Shown in pieces: positions 61,304 to 64,000 of a stretch of 64,000 nucleotides of DNA (the first letter of the stretch is position 1; every line of letters starts with the position of its first letter). The notes beneath the pieces are model-generated. The model worked only from the letters and a program-made list of their open reading frames with translations. It searched no databases and was not told the DNA's origin. Source of the DNA: an uncultured Gemmatimonadales bacterium (lineage in GTDB: Bacteria; Gemmatimonadota; Gemmatimonadetes; Gemmatimonadales; GWC2-71-9); NCBI GenBank assembly GCA_963850655.1, contig CAWKMI010000009.1, forward strand, positions 10,043-74,042, written 5' to 3'. A program made the translations under genes and the position numbers.

Positions 61304-61318
61304 GAACATACACCGAAA
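61304..61318. promoter_or_regulatory. GAAC-N7-GAAA direct repeat (alpha-proteobacterial-type LexA-box-like) just upstream of imuB
   Basis: ccGAACatacaccGAAAcc lies 10-24 nt upstream of ATG 61294 and has one mismatch to GAAC-N7-GAAC. Confidence 0.2.
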
Positions 61319-61459
61319 CCACCCCAGGTCAAACGGCGCCGAAATCCGATGAAGAAAATCCCCTTGGCCGTCAACCTTTTGGGGGTCTCGCCCGTTTCTT
61401 CTTAGATAGCTCTCGTGTTCCGATTGTCATCCCCACCATTGTCCTGCAGGGAGTTCCCA

Positions 61460-63748
61460 GTGCGCATACCTCTTGCCCGTCCATCCGTCCTGCTCCTGTT
61501 CGCGACCGTCGTTGGCGCCGCCAGCGTCGCCGCACAGGGCGGCCTCAACAAGTACGGCAATCCGCAGACCCATCCGCCCAAGCCCACCACGGCCGCGATC
61601 ACGGCCGAGGAGCTGCGCACCCGGCTCTACATCTTCTCCGACGATTCGATGGAGGGGAGAAGGATTGGCTACCTCGGCAACATGAAGGGGACGAACTACA
61701 TCGCTGCGGAACTGAAGCGGCTTGGCGTCGAGCCGGCGGGCGACAACGGCACGTCCTATTTCCAGCGGCTGCCGTACGTGACGCGCAAGTTCTCCAACCG
61801 CTCGACGCTGAGCGTTGGTGGGGCGGCGCTTGCCTTCGACAATGATTTCGTGCCGATCCCGGGCACCGAGGCGCCGAAGGCGATCGCCAACGTGCCGGTG
61901 ATCTACGGTGGTGTCGAGGGTGATACCACGATGCAGATCACGCCGGAGCAGGCGGCCGGGAAGTTCGTGATCATGTCGGCCGGGGCAGGGTGGTGGCCGC
62001 GGTGGCCGCGGGTGGTGGACGTGGTGGGCGCGGTGGTGCGCTGGTGCTCACGGCCGACAACGCCGCCAAGGTGCCGGTGCCGAATCCGGCCTTTCAGGGC
62101 GTTGCTGGCTGACGTCGTGGTCGGTCCAACGGCCGCGGCGCGTGTCGCGGTATATCCGCAACGGGCAGCTGATCGCCGGAGGACGCTTCCGGCTGGTCAG
62201 ACGCCGGCCACGGTGCAGGCGAAGCTCGACGCCATGGCGGCCTATTCCAAGGACTCTTCTGCCCGCATTGTCGAGCGACACGACACCCTGGTGGCGGCGG
62301 CAAAGCGGTTCCTCACCAGCGGCTACAAGGGGACGGCGACGTTCGGTGGTGAGCGGGTCACGATGGACAGCGAGCAGGTCGTGGCCCTCGCCTGCGCTCC
62401 GGCAGGTGGCGGGCGTGGCGGGCGCGGTGGCGGCGGGCGCGGTGCTGCGGCTGGCGGTGCTGCCCCAGCTCCGGTCGCCCTCCCGGCCGGCTGTCCCGCG
62501 CCGGCGGCTGGTGGCCGCGGCAACGCATTTAATCGCGGCGCGTTCGGCGGTGGCGGCGGCGTTAATTCCATGACGCGATTCCCGGATGCAATCGCCATCG
62601 CCGTGGTGGATCTTGATGACCTTTCAATGGTGCAGCGCGTGGCGCTCAACACCCCGGACCAGGCTTCGAGTATCACTGCGCCGACGGCGCCGCCGACGGC
62701 CTCGCTTCGCATCACCTCAGCCGCTGCAGCGAAATTGCTCGGCAAGCCGCTGGCCGGACTGCAGGCCGGCGCCATGGGCGGGACGGTCACGGCCAACCTG
62801 CGCTTCATGGAGGAGCCGTCGGACTGGGCGCGCAACGTCATCGGCATCGTGCGCGGGAGTGACCCGAAGCTCAACGGTGAGTACGTCGCGATCGGCGGGC
62901 ACAACGATCACAACGGCTTGTATGCCTTTCCGCCGGTCGATCACGATTCGCTCAAGGCGTATCGTGATGCCTTCCTGAAACTGCAGTTCGAGGTCGTGAA
63001 GGGCGACCTGCGCGCCGCCTCGCCGGCAGCGATTGCGGCGATCCATGTCAACATGGATTCGATCCGCAAGATTCATCCGGTGGCCCGGATGGACTCGGTG
63101 AACAACGGCGCCGATGACGACGGGTCGGGCTCGATGGCGGTGCTCGAGATCGCCGAGGCCATTGTCAAGATGCCGGTGAAGCCAAAGCGGTCGATCATCT
63201 TCGTCTTCCATACCGGGGAAGAGGGCGGCCTGCTGGGTTCGCGCTACTTCACCGACAACCCGACCGTGCCGATCGATTCGGTCGTGGCCCAGATCAACAT
63301 CGACATGATCGGCCGTGGTCGCGCTGAAGATATGGTTGGCGGTGGCCCGACGTACGTGGGCGCACTCGGCTCGAAGCGCCTGTCGACGCAGCTCGACACG
63401 GACATGCACGCGGTCAACAACGCCGAGTCACCGGCCAACCGGGTGCGACTCGACAATCGCTTCGACGATGCGTCCCTCGGCACCAGCGTTGACGGCAAGC
63501 CGGTCAGCTGGCCGGGATACAACAATCTCTACGGCCGCAGTGATCACGCCAATTACGCCAACAAGTGTGTCCCGATCGTCTTCTTCTTCACCGGCCTGCA
63601 CGGGGACTATCACCAGCTGACCGATGAGGCAGAGTACATCGACTATCCGCACTACTCGCTGATCACCAACTACATCCGCGACCTGTTGCTGAGGGTGGCG
63701 GACGATCCGACGCGACCGGCGCTGGATAATCCGTGTGTGAGGAGATAG
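61460..63748 (+). CDS. M28-family aminopeptidase (exported) with a Gly/Arg-rich low-complexity insert; reading frame locally uncertain at 61975-62220
   Basis: GTG 61460 after GGGAG (signal peptide RIPLARPSVLLLFATVVGAASVAAQ). M28 motifs GGHNDH, NNGADDDGSGSMAVLE, FHTGEEGGLLGS, NIDMIG, RSDHANY. The middle segment translates as W/R/C-rich nonsense in the nominal frame. Confidence 0.75.
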   Translation: MRIPLARPSVLLLFATVVGAASVAAQGGLNKYGNPQTHPPKPTTAAITAEELRTRLYIFSDDSMEGRRIGYLGNMKGTNYIAAELKRLGVEPAGDNGTSYFQRLPYVTRKFSNRSTLSVGGAALAFDNDFVPIPGTEAPKAIANVPVIYGGVEGDTTMQITPEQAAGKFVIMSAGAGWWPRWPRVVDVVGAVVRWCSRPTTPPRCRCRIRPFRALLADVVVGPTAAARVAVYPQRAADRRRTLPAGQTPATVQAKLDAMAAYSKDSSARIVERHDTLVAAAKRFLTSGYKGTATFGGERVTMDSEQVVALACAPAGGGRGGRGGGGRGAAAGGAAPAPVALPAGCPAPAAGGRGNAFNRGAFGGGGGVNSMTRFPDAIAIAVVDLDDLSMVQRVALNTPDQASSITAPTAPPTASLRITSAAAAKLLGKPLAGLQAGAMGGTVTANLRFMEEPSDWARNVIGIVRGSDPKLNGEYVAIGGHNDHNGLYAFPPVDHDSLKAYRDAFLKLQFEVVKGDLRAASPAAIAAIHVNMDSIRKIHPVARMDSVNNGADDDGSGSMAVLEIAEAIVKMPVKPKRSIIFVFHTGEEGGLLGSRYFTDNPTVPIDSVVAQINIDMIGRGRAEDMVGGGPTYVGALGSKRLSTQLDTDMHAVNNAESPANRVRLDNRFDDASLGTSVDGKPVSWPGYNNLYGRSDHANYANKCVPIVFFFTGLHGDYHQLTDEAEYIDYPHYSLITNYIRDLLLRVADDPTRPALDNPCVRR

Positions 63749-63792
63749 CGAATCGCTGATCGATGATGGATGATCGATGGGAGTGAAACGCT

Positions 63793-63824
63793 GAAGGCCG
63801 GCATCCAATCGGATGCCGGCCTTC
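63793..63824. terminator. Perfect hairpin GAAGGCCGGCATCC-AATC-GGATGCCGGCCTTC
   Basis: 14-bp perfect stem located 45 nt after the M28 stop, between convergent genes. Confidence 0.7.
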
Positions 63825-63833
63825 GGTGCTTCT

Positions 63834-63854
63834 CCCTGCTCCCTGCTCCCTATC
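63834..63854. repeat. Heptamer tandem array CCCTGCT CCCTGCT CCCTATC
   Basis: Read directly from the sequence, immediately after the terminator hairpin. Confidence 0.8.
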
Positions 63855-63868
63855 TCTCCTCAGCCTCC

Positions 63869-63973
63869 TCACCCGCACTTTCCCCAACCGCAGACCAGGC
63901 ACATCAGGCAGGCGGAGGCCTTCCGAACCGGGGCGCCGCATTCGGGGCACCGTGTCAACGTCTTGTCTGTCAT
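63869..63973 (-). CDS. Possible 34-aa Cys-rich zinc-ribbon peptide
   Basis: Own translation: MTDKTLTRCPECGAPVRKASACLMCLVCGWGKCG (7 Cys, CPxCG knuckle). It is below the ORF-track size cutoff and has no clear RBS. Confidence 0.3.
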   Translation of the reverse strand: MTDKTLTRCPECGAPVRKASACLMCLVCGWGKCG

Positions 63974-64000
63974 GGGGTTAGAGCAAGACTCCCGGGTTGG

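Overview
This is a 64-kb GC-rich bacterial chromosomal segment (roughly two-thirds G+C by eye, not computed). It is about 90% coding, with about 55 genes on both strands, mostly housekeeping and metabolic. The protein signatures (fused E1 alpha/beta dehydrogenase, long-form IspH, many exported hypotheticals) suggest a Gemmatimonadota-like soil lineage, but that is inference only. Gene order: partial CocE/NonD hydrolase; tnaA plus APC permease, divergent from proline dehydrogenase; rsgA; MazG plus a Cys-repeat lipoprotein; amidohydrolase; fused 2-oxoacid dehydrogenase E1; Ser/Thr kinase; lon; an operon of hypothetical, TrmB-like and HPt-REC-GGDEF genes; exported hypotheticals; a SelW-like selenoprotein plus pfkA; DoxX; a pterin/folate operon (PTPS, PCD, pabB, pabA); SDR; DEAH helicase; MCP-like membrane sensor; Fis-type HTH; Omp85-like protein; ispH; two HTH regulators; DUF72; YceI; a Fru-family PTS (EIIC, EIIB, HPr-EI-EIIA) plus an exported GH38 alpha-mannosidase; DtxR-feoA-feoB plus a Cys-rich small membrane protein; dnaE2; quinone oxidoreductase; imuB-like; M28 peptidase. 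I recognised no rRNA, tRNA, CRISPR array, transposase or integrase. Main observations: (1) an unannotated SelW/Rdx selenoprotein gene with an in-frame UGA (CVVU motif), which the ORF track splits; (2) at least nine frame disruptions, all needing one nucleotide to be skipped, in lon, feoB, dnaE2 and the REC-GGDEF gene, plus a frame-scrambled Gly/Arg repeat in the M28 peptidase; these look more like insertion-type sequence errors than biology and need read-level checking; (3) the PTS linked to an exported GH38; (4) an imuB/dnaE2 mutasome pair split by an opposite-strand gene; (5) heptanucleotide tandem arrays and long hairpins in several intergenic regions; (6) an AT-rich perfect palindrome abutting a start codon, compatible with a leaderless promoter plus operator. 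I did not identify a clear novel multi-gene system such as a defence island.
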